From the NCBI GenBank assembly GCA_035193785.1, contig CP136572.1, positions 2,644,578-2,708,577 on the forward strand: a stretch of 64,000 nucleotides of DNA, given 5' to 3'. Shown here piece by piece: positions 53,832 to 64,000 of the stretch; the first letter of the stretch is position 1; each line of letters opens with the position of its first letter. The notes beneath the pieces were generated by a model, which saw only the letters and a program-made list of their open reading frames with translations, made no database searches and had not been told where the DNA came from. Both the position numbers and the translations under genes were made by a program. This DNA is from Planktothrix sp. GU0601_MAG3. GTDB lineage: Bacteria > Cyanobacteriota > Cyanobacteriia > Cyanobacteriales > Microcoleaceae.

Positions 53832-55137
53832 CTATTCCCGATGTTTGGCTAAACTTTTTTCTAATAATCCCTGCTGGGTGATTTTTCCCAAAGATCCCGA
53901 AGCCATTAATTTAGGTAAATTTTCAATTTCATCTAAGGGAATTAACTGGCTTTCTCCCGTATCTTGATCTCGATAAGCAACCATAACAAAAGGAATAAAA
54001 TCCGGGGTTAATTCATCCATTAAAGCTGGGTTATGGGTCGTGACTAAAATATCAATATTGCGGTTTTTACCAATTTCTCGTAACATTTGTAAAAGCAAAC
54101 CAGCCCGAGAAGGATGTAAACCATTATCAACTTCCTCAATCACAATTAAACTGCCTTCGGGACGGGTTAATAAAGCGGTTAAAATCGCTAAAAATCTTAA
54201 TGTTCCATCGGACATTCCTCTTGCATCTACTAATAAAGGTTCTTGATTTTCACCCCATTTTTCTTCACAATATAACATCGCATCACTGCCTAATCTTCCC
54301 ACAGGTTCAGCCCAAACTCGTTGTAAATCTCCTTCAGGAAGTTGGGATAAATAACTCAGTAAGGTTTGCTCAATTTTTTCTTTTTCTGCTTCAGGAAGGG
54401 CTGCTAAAACTCCCGCAATATTTGAGCCATCTTCTTCTAATATTTTTGATAGTGGAGAATAGTCTCTCATATTCTGAGGAATGGGGTTAATAATAAATAT
54501 TTTTTTGAGAACTCTTGCCGTAGCATGGTAACTCCGTATCATAGTCCCAAAAGAATAAAAATTATAAAAAGGTAAATATTCCTGATTTCGCAAAAGAAAT
54601 CTAGTTTCTAGGAAACAATTTGTTTAATGCTGATAATTCATACTTTAATGTTGATAATTCATACTTTCTAAGAGTTGTTCTACTAAGAGAGTGGTTTAAA
54701 AGTGGATTTATACGACTAATCGTATTTTCTGATGAGTTATTACTTTTGTTATTTTCATTGGATTTAATTAATTTTATAAATTCATTAATTGATTGTATTT
54801 TAGGTTCGATTTCTGCTGTAATACTATAAAGACAATCAAATTCAACTTGCTCATTTTCCTGTTTATATTCCCCACTAATAACCGCTTCTAAAGTAAACTG
54901 AGTTTCCGGTTTTCTAACTACCCATTCTAACCCCCCTCGAATTCCTGGGGTATGACTATCACCAATTAAAGCAGATTCTAAAGATTTTGCTTCAGGAATG
55001 CGACTTAAAAAATCTAAAGCATCAATAATATTAGATTTGCCACTAGAATTAGTTCCAATTAAAATAGTAATTGGATCAATATATAAGGTTGCCTCTTTAA
55101 AACTTTTCCAGTTTTTTAAGTTAATTTGCTTTAGCAT
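53832..55137 (-). CDS. ABC-type/AAA_21 ATPase (one gene; +1 artefact at about 54604-54616)
   Basis: NWKSF, GTNSSGKSN, MSDGT, VIEEVDNGLHP, TTHNP. Confidence 0.88.
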
Positions 55138-55238
55138 TAGGAATATTTTTATAGTTTAATTATTTTTCTAATTCAGGATAGATGTCTCTAACTTATAGTG
55201 TATCATAGTAGGTTGATGCGATCGCAACTTCTCAAACC

Positions 55239-56163
55239 ATGAATCAATCCCCTATTATTCCAAGCCTTAGTGATTTGATAGAACCACTCATAAAAGCTCT
55301 AAAAACTTTAGGTGGTTCTGGAAACTGTTCAGGAAATTTATGATAAAGTCTGCGAACTTGGAAATTTTTCAGATGTTCAACAAAATATACTACATAAACA
55401 AGGGCCGAATACCGAAATAGCTTATCGTTTAGCTTGGGCTAGAACTAACTTAAGAATTTATGGCGCATTAGAAAATGTACGTCGAGGGGTCTGGTCTTTA
55501 ACCGAAAAAGGACGTAACCTCGAAGCAATTGATATTACAGAAATTAATAAAGTTATTCAGAAATCAACACAACAGAAATCTCAATTAATTTCAGGAAATA
55601 AAAATGATCAAGAAATAAAAATTACTCCCTCTAATATTGATTTTACGAATAATACGTCAGAGCATGAGTTTATAAAAATTAACGATCAAATTCCTATTTA
55701 CTCAGATATTTGGACAGAAAAACTATTGAAAATTTTACAACAAATTCCTCCCGATAGTTTTGAAAGATTATGTCAACGAATTTTAAGAGAATCTGGCTTT
55801 ATTAAAGTTGAAGTAACCGGAAGAAAAGGAGATGGGGGAATTGATGGAATTGGAGTCTTAAAAATTGCCCTTTTGAGTTTTCAAGTATTCTTTCAATGTA
55901 AACGTTATACGGGTTCTGTTGGCCCTTCTGAAATTCGGGATTTTCGAGGTGCTATGGTAGGAAGAACCGATAAAGGTTTATTTCTAACCACAGGAACTTT
56001 TACCAGTTCAGCCAAACAAGAAGCCACCCGTGACGGTGCGCCTGTATTGGATTTAATTGATGGGGAACAACTTTGTCAAATTCTCAAAGATTTGAATTTA
56101 GGAGTCGAAACCAAAATGATTGAAGTCGTTGAAATTGATCAAAATTGGTTTAATCATTTATAA
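55239..56163 (+). CDS. mrr: Mrr-family (Type IV) restriction endonuclease (+1 artefact at 55321-55325)
   Basis: repaired LGGSGTVQEI, RLAWART...RGVW Mrr_N; FERLC, DGGIDG, FQCKRY. Confidence 0.9.
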
Positions 56164-56221
56164 TTGCTATACTATAATTAAATACTAACCCAACCCTAAA
56201 ACACTTTACCTATTCTCGATT

Positions 56222-56985
56222 ATGCTTGTATTTTTTATTCATGGTGTCGCCACAAGAGATGCTGGCTACTCATCAAATTTACAAAAACTTATCAAAACAG
56301 AATTTAGTCACCGGGAAGAAAAGAATCCTCATTTTTACGCTAGTTTTTGGGGTTCTGCCTTAACAGATATGGGGAAAATATGGAATGGTATTGATGAAGA
56401 TTTAGCACACGCTAAAAAGAAATATTCCAAAAGTGATAGTGAAGAGTTTTTGAAATATCGATCGTTTAGAGAAGGTTTCTTTTCTCAATTTATGGGGGAT
56501 TTCTTTACCTATATGAATCCTGATAAGGGTCGAAAAATTCGCAAAACCATCGCTGAACAACTCTATGATTTTATCGAGGAAAACCCTAATAATTCTGAAC
56601 TTCATATTGTTGCCCATTCGTTAGGAAACTGTAATTCTATGGGATATTTTATTTTCAGATCGATTTTCAGCGAAAGACCCCGCTTTATCTATTCGAGCTA
56701 TGATTCGAGAATTGGAAAATCAGACAGATACAGATGTAAAACATGGCTTATCCTTTAAAAGCGAATTTACATCTGGCTGAAAATAGTTATCTAAAATTTG
56801 AAGATGAGTATTTATTAGAGGATGCTAACTGGGTTGAAAAAATAGCTAGAAATTTTGGTCAAAATGACTTAGCAATGGCTGTGAGTTCTAGTGATGCCCA
56901 TAATAGTTATTGGAATTGTCCTCACACTGCTAGATTAATTACTAATAATATTTTGAATCAACTTGACAATAATGGTTTAGTCTAA
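56222..56985 (+). pseudogene. defective copy of the alpha/beta-hydrolase gene
   Basis: paralogue of 57118-58330; lacks ~165 bp incl. GSP and HPSDLI, stays out of frame after artefact repair, C-terminus missing. Confidence 0.75.
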
Positions 56986-57117
56986 AAAAAATATTAAATC
57001 TCAAAACAAAAATGATTGAAGTTGTTGAAATTGATCAAAATTGGTTTAATCATTTATAATTTCTATACTATAATAAAATACTAACCCAACCCTAAAACAC
57101 TTTACCTATTCTCGATT

Positions 57118-58330
57118 ATGCTTGTATTTTTTATTCATGGTGTCGCCACAAGAGATGCTGGCTACTCATCAAATTTACAAAAACTTATCAAAACAGAATT
57201 TAGTCACCGGGAAGAAAAGAATCCTCATTTTTACGCTAGTTTTTGGGGTTCTGCCTTAACGGATATGGGAAAAATATGGAATGGTATTGATGAGGATTTA
57301 GCAGCCGTTAAAAAGAAATATCCTAAAATTTCTAGTGAAGAGATTTTTCGATATCGAACCTTTAGAGAAGGCTTATTTTCTCAATTTCTTGGAGATTTCT
57401 TTACCTATATGAATCCTGATAAGGGTCGAGAAATTCGCAAAACAATCGCTCAACAACTCTATAATTTTATTAAGGAAAACCCGAATGATTCTGAACTTCA
57501 TATTGTTGCCCATTCGTTAGGAAACTGTGATTCTATGGGATATTTTATTTTCAGATCGATTTTCAGCGAAAGACCCCGCTTTATCGATTCGAGCTATGAT
57601 TCGAGAATTGGAAAATCAGACAGATGTGAAACTTAAACATCAGGTTAATTTGAAGAGTATCACCCTTATGGGTTCGCCCATTTTATTGATTAACATGATG
57701 TTAGATGTGCGTCCCGAAAAAGTCGAGCAATTTGCTCATTCCTATTCTTCTGAACAGCCTTTAAGATGGCTCAATTTAATTCATCCTTCGGACTTAATTT
57801 CCTATCCCTTAAAAGCGAGTTTACATTTGGCTGAAAATAGTTATCTAAAATTTGAAGATGAGTATTTATTAGAGGATGTTAACTTGGCTGAAAAAACAGC
57901 TAGAAGTTTAGGTCAAAATGAATTAGCAATGGCTTTGGGTTCTAATGCCCATAAGAGTTATTGGAATTGTTCTGAAACTGCTAGATTAATTACTAATAAT
58001 ATTTTGAATCAACAAAAAGTGATTTTTCAAAATTTCTTAAAAACCGTAATTCACCATTTATCTCAAGTTAAGGGGATGACACCTATATCTCAAGTTATGG
58101 GAATTCAACTCAATTACCATAGCAAGAATATTTCAAAGGGAGATCTTTATTTGAAACTTCCTGATAAAAGTGGGGAAATTTATTTATTTATTAATGCTAT
58201 TAACGTGCATCATGTTTATGTATTAGATAGTGATGATGAACTGCAATTCGGTGGCTATGTGGGTTGGATAGATCAGGAGGGGTTAATGAAAAAACTAGAG
58301 TTAATAAAGGGTTTGATGATTGACCGTTAA
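57118..58330 (+). CDS. alpha/beta-hydrolase-fold protein (+1 artefact at 57521-57525)
   Basis: FFIHGV, AHSLG nucleophile elbow, MGSP, HPSDLISYPL, AHKSYW. Confidence 0.75.
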
Positions 58331-58473
58331 TTTATTTAATTGTAATGGATAACATAATGATCATAACTCATCTAAAACCAATAATAATCTCCTGAAAATT
58401 ATCATTAATTCTTCGTCAAAGTTATGGAATTTAAAATATTATTATCCCTGGCAAATTACGGAAGTATTTACTT

Positions 58474-58497
58474 GGCGAGCGAGGACACTCGCACTAC
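58474..58497 (-). repeat. GTAG-type REP-like palindrome
   Basis: GTAGTGCGAGTGTCCTCGCTCGCC on minus strand. Confidence 0.55.
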
Positions 58498-58505
58498 ACT
58501 TAATA

Positions 58506-59141
58506 TCAAGTGGCGGTAATTCTCACCCCTTCAAATAATGCCACCGCACTAAAAATAAGGAATAGAAAACCTCCGATAGCCGTAATAGTGCGTTCTGAAA
58601 TTTTTCCCTCAATTAATTTCCCTCCTAATACCGCAATAGCCGCACAAATAGTATGGCCAACAATTCCCCCAATAATCACTCCTACAGGATTATGAAATGT
58701 TGCTAATGCAATCGTCGCAATTTGGGTGCGATCGCCCCATTCTGCCACAAAAGTTAACACAAAAGCTTCTAATAAAACTCCCCATTTACTTTTCCGTTTA
58801 GGAAACTGATTTTCGGCTTTTTCTACTGCTTCTAACGCTTCTTCTTGTTCATCACTAATCCCTGCACCTTTCGGCATTTTACTGGCATCATATAACAACT
58901 TAAATCCAAATAAAGCAAACAAAATAATCTCAGCATAATGAATATAAATCTGAGGTAAGAAAGAAAATATCCGCCCCACACAAACCGAAAGAACTGTCAT
59001 TGTTGCCAAGGCAGCTACTACCCCGATAAAAACCAATTTTCTATCATTTTTTAAAGATAAAATAACCGCGATAAAAAAGGTTTTATCCCCAAGTTCAGAA
59101 ATAGTAATCAGTAAGAGTGCAGCCGTAAAAGCAGTGAGCAT
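58506..59141 (-). CDS. TMEM165/GDT1 (UPF0016) Mn/Ca transporter
   Basis: ELGDKTF and EWGDRTQ motifs. Confidence 0.92.
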   Translation of the reverse strand: MLTAFTAALLLITISELGDKTFFIAVILSLKNDRKLVFIGVVAALATMTVLSVCVGRIFSFLPQIYIHYAEIILFALFGFKLLYDASKMPKGAGISDEQEEALEAVEKAENQFPKRKSKWGVLLEAFVLTFVAEWGDRTQIATIALATFHNPVGVIIGGIVGHTICAAIAVLGGKLIEGKISERTITAIGGFLFLIFSAVALFEGVRITAT

Positions 59142-59548
59142 AATTTCAATATTAAGAAATAGGATAGTTGAAAGCACAGGATTAGGCTTTGCTTCTGATT
59201 AGTTTATCAGAAAATCCCTGAATATTTAAGTATTTTTATAGATTTAAAATTATCATTTTATTCATAAATGAATCACAATATTTTCATAATTAATTCATTT
59301 TTATTTAGCCCATAAAATTTCAATAAAAATCTTTTAAAAATGCCATCCTTAAATCCTTTATCCCTAGAGTTGGCTAAAATGATCAGCGAATCCATCATTT
59401 CCCTAACACATTTCCCTAACAAAATTTATAAAACAGGACTTCCCCTTGGTCGTAAGATCAGAAGATGGATCTAATCCGTTGATGTGATGTTCAATGGCAA
59501 CTTGAATTGATCCCTGGCAAATTTGTATAACCCCTATCGTTAATCCTT

Positions 59549-61045
59549 ATGTCATTTCCCCGTTCTAGCGGTATCCTGCTGCACCCCACATCCTTACCCA
59601 GTCCCTTTGGCGTTGGAGATATTGGCCCGGTTTCCTATCAATTCGTGGATTTTTTAAAACAAAGTGCCCAAAAACTTTGGCAAGTCCTACCCCTTGGCCC
59701 CACTGGATTTGGCAATTCTCCTTATTTATCCTATTCTGCCTTTGCGGGGAATCCCTTATTAATTAGTTTAGAATTCTTAAAAGAGGATGAATTATTAACC
59801 GATGAAGACTTAGCAAATCCGCCCCATTTCCCCCATCATATTGTTGATTTTGATGCGGTTAAAACCTTTAAAGAAAAACTGTTTCACCAAGCTTGTGTTA
59901 CATTCAAAGCCAACGCTACAAAGGAACAAGAAGAAGAATTTAATCAATTCTGTTCTCGCAGTAACTATTGGTTAGATGATTACGCCATTTTTATGTCACT
60001 TAAAGAGACATTCCATGGAGAAAGTTGGAACCAATGGGAAGCAGGAATTGCCCTACGCAAACAGGAATATCTACATAAATGGGGAGAAAAGTTAGCTAAA
60101 CCCATTTATTACCATAAATTTCTCCAATTTCAATTCTTCAAACAATGGTCAAAACTCAAACAGTATGCCAATGAACAAGGCATCCAAATTTTTGGAGATT
60201 TAGCGATTTACGTTGCCCATGATAGTGCTGATGTTTGGTCACATCCTGAAATATTTTGTTTAGATGAAGAAACCGGAGAAGCTGCATTAATGGCTGGAGT
60301 TCCACCGGATTATTTTAGTGCCACAGGTCAATTGTGGGGAAATCCGGTTTATAATTGGGAACGTTTACAACAGGATGGATTCTATTGGTGGCTACAACGA
60401 ATTGAATCTTTATTAGGCTATTTAGATTTAGTTAGAATTGATCATTTTCGCGGTTTAGAATCATTTTGGGCCGTTCCTCAAGGGGAAACAACGGCTATGA
60501 ATGGTCAATGGGTAGACGCACCGGGAAATGCCTTTTTTAGCTTATTAAATGAGAAATTAGGCGAATTACCGATTATCGCCGAAGATTTGGGAGTTATCAC
60601 CCAAGAAGTGGAAGAATTGCGGGATAAATATGGTTTACCCGGCATGAAAATCCTACATTTTGCCTTTGATTCCGGGTCAGGTAATCCCTATTTACCCTAT
60701 AATTACGGTTCAGCTAATTGGGTGGTTTATACCGGAACCCATGATAACGATACAACGGTGGGTTGGTTTAACCGTCGGAGTTTACAAGAACAGGCCCGAG
60801 TCACCCGCTATTTAGGCTGTACCTCCGGTTATGGCATTCATTGGGATTTAATTCGGTTAGCCATGTCCTGTGTGGCAAATCAAGCGATTTTCCCCCTCCA
60901 GGATATTTTAGGTTTGGGGAGTGAAGCTAAAATGAATATGCCAGGGGAAGCTGACGGTAACTGGGCTTGGCGTTTTCAACCGGGAGTTTTAACCGCAGAA
61001 ATCGGAGAGCGCCTCAAATTCCTCACGGAAACCTACGGCCGTTAA
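59549..61045 (+). CDS. malQ: 4-alpha-glucanotransferase
   Basis: GILLHPTSLP, GVPPDYFS, RIDHFRG, AEDLG, GTHDNDT. Confidence 0.97.
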   Translation: MSFPRSSGILLHPTSLPSPFGVGDIGPVSYQFVDFLKQSAQKLWQVLPLGPTGFGNSPYLSYSAFAGNPLLISLEFLKEDELLTDEDLANPPHFPHHIVDFDAVKTFKEKLFHQACVTFKANATKEQEEEFNQFCSRSNYWLDDYAIFMSLKETFHGESWNQWEAGIALRKQEYLHKWGEKLAKPIYYHKFLQFQFFKQWSKLKQYANEQGIQIFGDLAIYVAHDSADVWSHPEIFCLDEETGEAALMAGVPPDYFSATGQLWGNPVYNWERLQQDGFYWWLQRIESLLGYLDLVRIDHFRGLESFWAVPQGETTAMNGQWVDAPGNAFFSLLNEKLGELPIIAEDLGVITQEVEELRDKYGLPGMKILHFAFDSGSGNPYLPYNYGSANWVVYTGTHDNDTTVGWFNRRSLQEQARVTRYLGCTSGYGIHWDLIRLAMSCVANQAIFPLQDILGLGSEAKMNMPGEADGNWAWRFQPGVLTAEIGERLKFLTETYGR

Positions 61046-61046
61046 A

Positions 61047-61160
61047 TCAGTTATCAGTTGTAGGGGCGGGTTCATCCAGATGCGCGGTGATTAACAAAGA
61101 TCTAAAATAACCCGCCCGTACCAGCAGACGCGCCATGGCACGTCTCTACACTGATAACTG
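61047..61160. repeat. nested repeat cluster: two GTAG elements inside an inverted heptamer pair
   Basis: CAGTTATCAGT [61060-61121] [61125-61149] ACTGATAACTG. Confidence 0.8.
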
Positions 61161-61173
61161 GGGAAGGTGGGAA

Positions 61174-62099
61174 TTAGAGTTTGGATAAATCTTCGGCTTT
61201 GAAGACTACTTCTTCTACCCGACCGGGTTCACCAAGACGTTTGGCTTCTCCGTTATTAACGGTTACTAGAACTCCTCCAGCATTTCCCGCCACGACAACT
61301 ACATTATCTTTTGCTTTCCATCGACGTTTCTGTTCCCCCTGCTAACGTCCCTTCAAATTCTGTTTTCCCATCGACCTCAATCAAAACCCAGGAGGTATCT
61401 TTAACCACAATACCTATCTCTACAGCCTTATCCGTTGTTGACTGCTTAGGGGGATTGGTTTCTGGCACTTTTTCTGTTATTGCTGCCTTTGGAGTTGTTG
61501 CTTTTGGAGTCGTCGCTGGGGTAGCAGAAACTAATTGACTCGGGGGTTTAGTTTTCGGTGGAATGACGGCCTGACGGATTTGAGGATTAACCTCCGGTGG
61601 GTTGGGTGTAGCAATGGGTTCACTGGATACACCCGCAAAATTAGCGGTTTTATTCAGATAAGAAACCCCACTAATTGCACAAATAATTAATAGGATATAA
61701 GTTAAGTAAAGATGGGTGGGTCTTAATTGGGGAAGGGTCAACGAATTGAGTTTTGATGTCATCCCCACTTGTTGAGGTTCGGGGAGAAAAAAGTTAGCTA
61801 GTTCTACTCCATTTAAACCCAAAGCATCCGCATAGGTACGGATTAAACCCTGAGTATAAACGGGTTCTGGTAGTTGTTCTGTCCTAGCTTCTTCTAAAGA
61901 TTGTAATAAATGGGAACGGATTCGAGTGTAAGCCGCTACCATATCTAAAGAGAGGGAATGACCCTGACGGGTTTCCCTGAGTTGTCCTCCAATTTCTACT
62001 AAGCGCTGAATCAGTTTCAGCATCATAGGAATTAAAGGTTGGGCTAGGATTTTTAGCCATTTTAAACGGTAAGACAAATAAATCAGTTTTCATAATCAT
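61174..62099 (-). CDS. RodZ-like HTH / DUF4115 membrane protein (+1 artefacts at 62014-62018 and 61326-61330)
   Basis: IGGQLRETR, LPEPVY..GLIRTYADALGL, one TM helix, SWVLIEVDGK, repaired AGNAGGV. Confidence 0.85.
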
Positions 62100-62894
62100 T
62101 TACTCCTTGATATCTACAGGGTGAACGGGCACACTAACCAATGGGGATGAAATGGGATTTCGTAAAAACTCAATTTCCCAGGCACTCAGAGAACGATACT
62201 GACCCTCTGGCAATGGGGATTGTCCAGGGGGTTGAAGTTGGATTGAGCCAATAGCAGTTCGGTGTAGTTTGACAACCGGATAACCCAACTGTTCGGCGAC
62301 TCGGCGAATTTGCCGATTTCTCCCCTCGTATAAAATCACTTCTAACAAGGTCTGGTGATCAGGATTTTGTTGGATACACCGAACTTGAGCAGGTAGTGTT
62401 TTTTTCCCTTCTAATAGGACACCCTGACGCCAAGCCTGTAATATTGAATCCGGTGGATTTCCAGCAACCCAGACTTGATAAGTTTTAGGAATGAAATGAC
62501 GAGGATGAGTTAAACGAAAGGTTAATTCTCCATCGTTAGTCAGTAGTAATGCCCCTGTAGAATCGACATCTAAGCGTCCAACTGGATGAATCCCTTGACC
62601 CACCCGCATTTTACGCGGAAGTAGATCCAAAACTACCGGTCGTCCGTTAGGGTCTAAACAAGTCGATACAACTCCTATGGGTTTATTGAGTAATAAGTAG
62701 ACTGGCGCAGGTCGGTAGGAGGGGTGAATTTGCTTCCCATCAACCTCAATTTGATCGCAATTCGGATCGGCTTTTTGTCCCAACTGGGCTAAATTTCCAT
62801 TCACCCGCACCCGTCCCGCTTGAATCATTTCTTCAGCGTGACGCCGGGAGGCAATGCCCCATTGAGCCATAATTTTTTGTAGCCTTTCATCCAT
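62100..62894 (-). CDS. RsuA/RluB-family pseudouridine synthase
   Basis: S4 domain [33 protein letters not shown]. Confidence 0.93.
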   Translation of the reverse strand: MDERLQKIMAQWGIASRRHAEEMIQAGRVRVNGNLAQLGQKADPNCDQIEVDGKQIHPSYRPAPVYLLLNKPIGVVSTCLDPNGRPVVLDLLPRKMRVGQGIHPVGRLDVDSTGALLLTNDGELTFRLTHPRHFIPKTYQVWVAGNPPDSILQAWRQGVLLEGKKTLPAQVRCIQQNPDHQTLLEVILYEGRNRQIRRVAEQLGYPVVKLHRTAIGSIQLQPPGQSPLPEGQYRSLSAWEIEFLRNPISSPLVSVPVHPVDIKE

Positions 62895-63052
62895 GCTGAT
62901 CGGTAACTGTCGTTGACTACGGGCGGATTTGGTCAAAACCACGGTCGGGTTTTGTCATAAGTCGGGAGACTATGTACAAATATTACAGCAATCCGCAATT
63001 AATCCTACTATCAATCTGAGTTAGGTGTGGAATAATGTGGAAGTGATTTGGA

Positions 63053-63817
63053 GTGGCTATGGCATTTATTCAGACTGGGGCCAAACCCTTGATTGGAAGT
63101 CTATTATCGACGGCAATTGGGCTTTGGTTGCGATCGCAAGTTGATCAAATTGATCACCTAAAACTCAATATCGAAGGTAGTAATCGTTCTCTCCTCTCCG
63201 GGGATATTCCAGGGGTGTCCGTCGTGGCGGAGAATGCCATCTATCAGGGTTTACATATCACCCAAGTCCAATTACAAGGCTCAAATATTCGATTTAATCT
63301 GGGTCAAATTTTGAAAGGCCAACCTTTGCACCTGTTAGACGCTTTTTTTGTGACGGGAAATCTACACTTGAATCAATCGGATCTGAATCAATCCCTACAA
63401 GCTCCGATGTTAGTCCAGGCATTAAACGAGTTTGTCTTGTCTCTGTTGACCGCCTTGACCCACTCCCCATCCCCATCTTCCTATAATTCCCAACGGGGGC
63501 AAAATGACTCTTGGGTACAATCGGTTCAACGGATTCAAGACCCCCAAATTACCCTAGAAACCGATCATCTAATTTTAAACGCCCAACTGCTTTTCGACTC
63601 CGGTGAACTATTATCTTTTCAGTTAAAAACCGGATTAGAAATTGCTAATTTCCGTGAACTGATGTTTGTTCAGCCCCAAGTCCAAATTTATGACACTGAC
63701 ACCGAACTTCACTCAGATAATTATATCATTGATTTGGGTTCCGACATCAAAATCCAAGACTTAATTTTATCCCCTGAATTACTGGAAATTCAAGCCACAC
63801 TCAAAGTCAATCCCTAA
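63053..63817 (+). CDS. DUF2993/LmeA-like protein
   Basis: LWLRSQV, LLSGDIP, YQGL, DLNQSL, IDLG pattern. Confidence 0.7.
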   Translation: MAMAFIQTGAKPLIGSLLSTAIGLWLRSQVDQIDHLKLNIEGSNRSLLSGDIPGVSVVAENAIYQGLHITQVQLQGSNIRFNLGQILKGQPLHLLDAFFVTGNLHLNQSDLNQSLQAPMLVQALNEFVLSLLTALTHSPSPSSYNSQRGQNDSWVQSVQRIQDPQITLETDHLILNAQLLFDSGELLSFQLKTGLEIANFRELMFVQPQVQIYDTDTELHSDNYIIDLGSDIKIQDLILSPELLEIQATLKVNP

Positions 63818-63854
63818 TTTCAAAGTCTGCAATTATTACAACCACAAATCAGTT

Positions 63855-63941
63855 ATTACCCATTACCCATTACCCATTACCCATTACCCATTACCCATTA
63901 CCCATTACCCATTACCCATTACCCATTACCCATTACCCATT
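63855..63941. repeat. (ATTACCC)n STRR
   Basis: about 12 tandem heptamers. Confidence 0.95.
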
Positions 63942-64000
63942 CTTTAAGGTTGCAATGTGGAAACTAACGGCCAAGTCTTAATGATAAAGATAACAACCGC

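Larger units (their letters stand above)
202..63137. repeat. HIP1 octamer GCGATCGC dispersed through the window
   Basis: more than 25 occurrences by eye, e.g. 202, 33601, 45241, 55218, 63130. Confidence 0.9.

Noticed and set aside
7521..62099. Mass pseudogenisation or programmed frameshifting in >20 genes
   Set aside because: The same +1 base at GAAC/GTTC occurs in both orientations relative to transcription and in core genes, with no other decay; artefact is far more parsimonious.
2875..63476. Many short antisense or overlapping ORFs in the track (e.g. 5846, 20279, 32739, 52471, 61311)
   Set aside because: Shadows of well-supported genes with no motifs or RBS.
63944..64000. 3' end of a minus-strand gene
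   Set aside because: Two frames are plausible and too short to identify.

Overview
Chromosomal window from a filamentous cyanobacterium, probably Planktothrix. That call is inferred from frequent HIP1 GCGATCGC, heptamer STRR tracts and a phycocyanin operon. Core genes: trmB, csaB, two sensor kinases, a TrcR-like RHH repressor, glgA, xdhABC, era, futA/idiA, queA, hppD, smc, cpcBA-C-C-D-E-F, gcvP, a GDT1-family transporter, malQ, a rodZ-like gene and a pseudouridine synthase. Accessory parts: a 303-bp protein-less IS200/IS605 derivative that retains an omegaRNA-like scaffold; a Type IIG/ISP-like R-M enzyme split by a small hicB gene, with a degenerate direct repeat flanking its specificity half; and a defence-like islet (ABC ATPase + PIN, Mrr, duplicated alpha/beta-hydrolase). 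Of the 27 small frameshifts I reconstructed by hand, 26 are repaired by removing one base from GAAAC/GTTTC, so the true sequence is GAAC/GTTC. These are almost certainly sequencing artefacts, not pseudogenes, and the motif equals the Dnd phosphorothioate consensus. A heavily structured ~350-nt RNA candidate lies opposite the TrcR-like gene. I found no rRNA, tRNA or CRISPR array. All calls come from reading the sequence; no searches were run.
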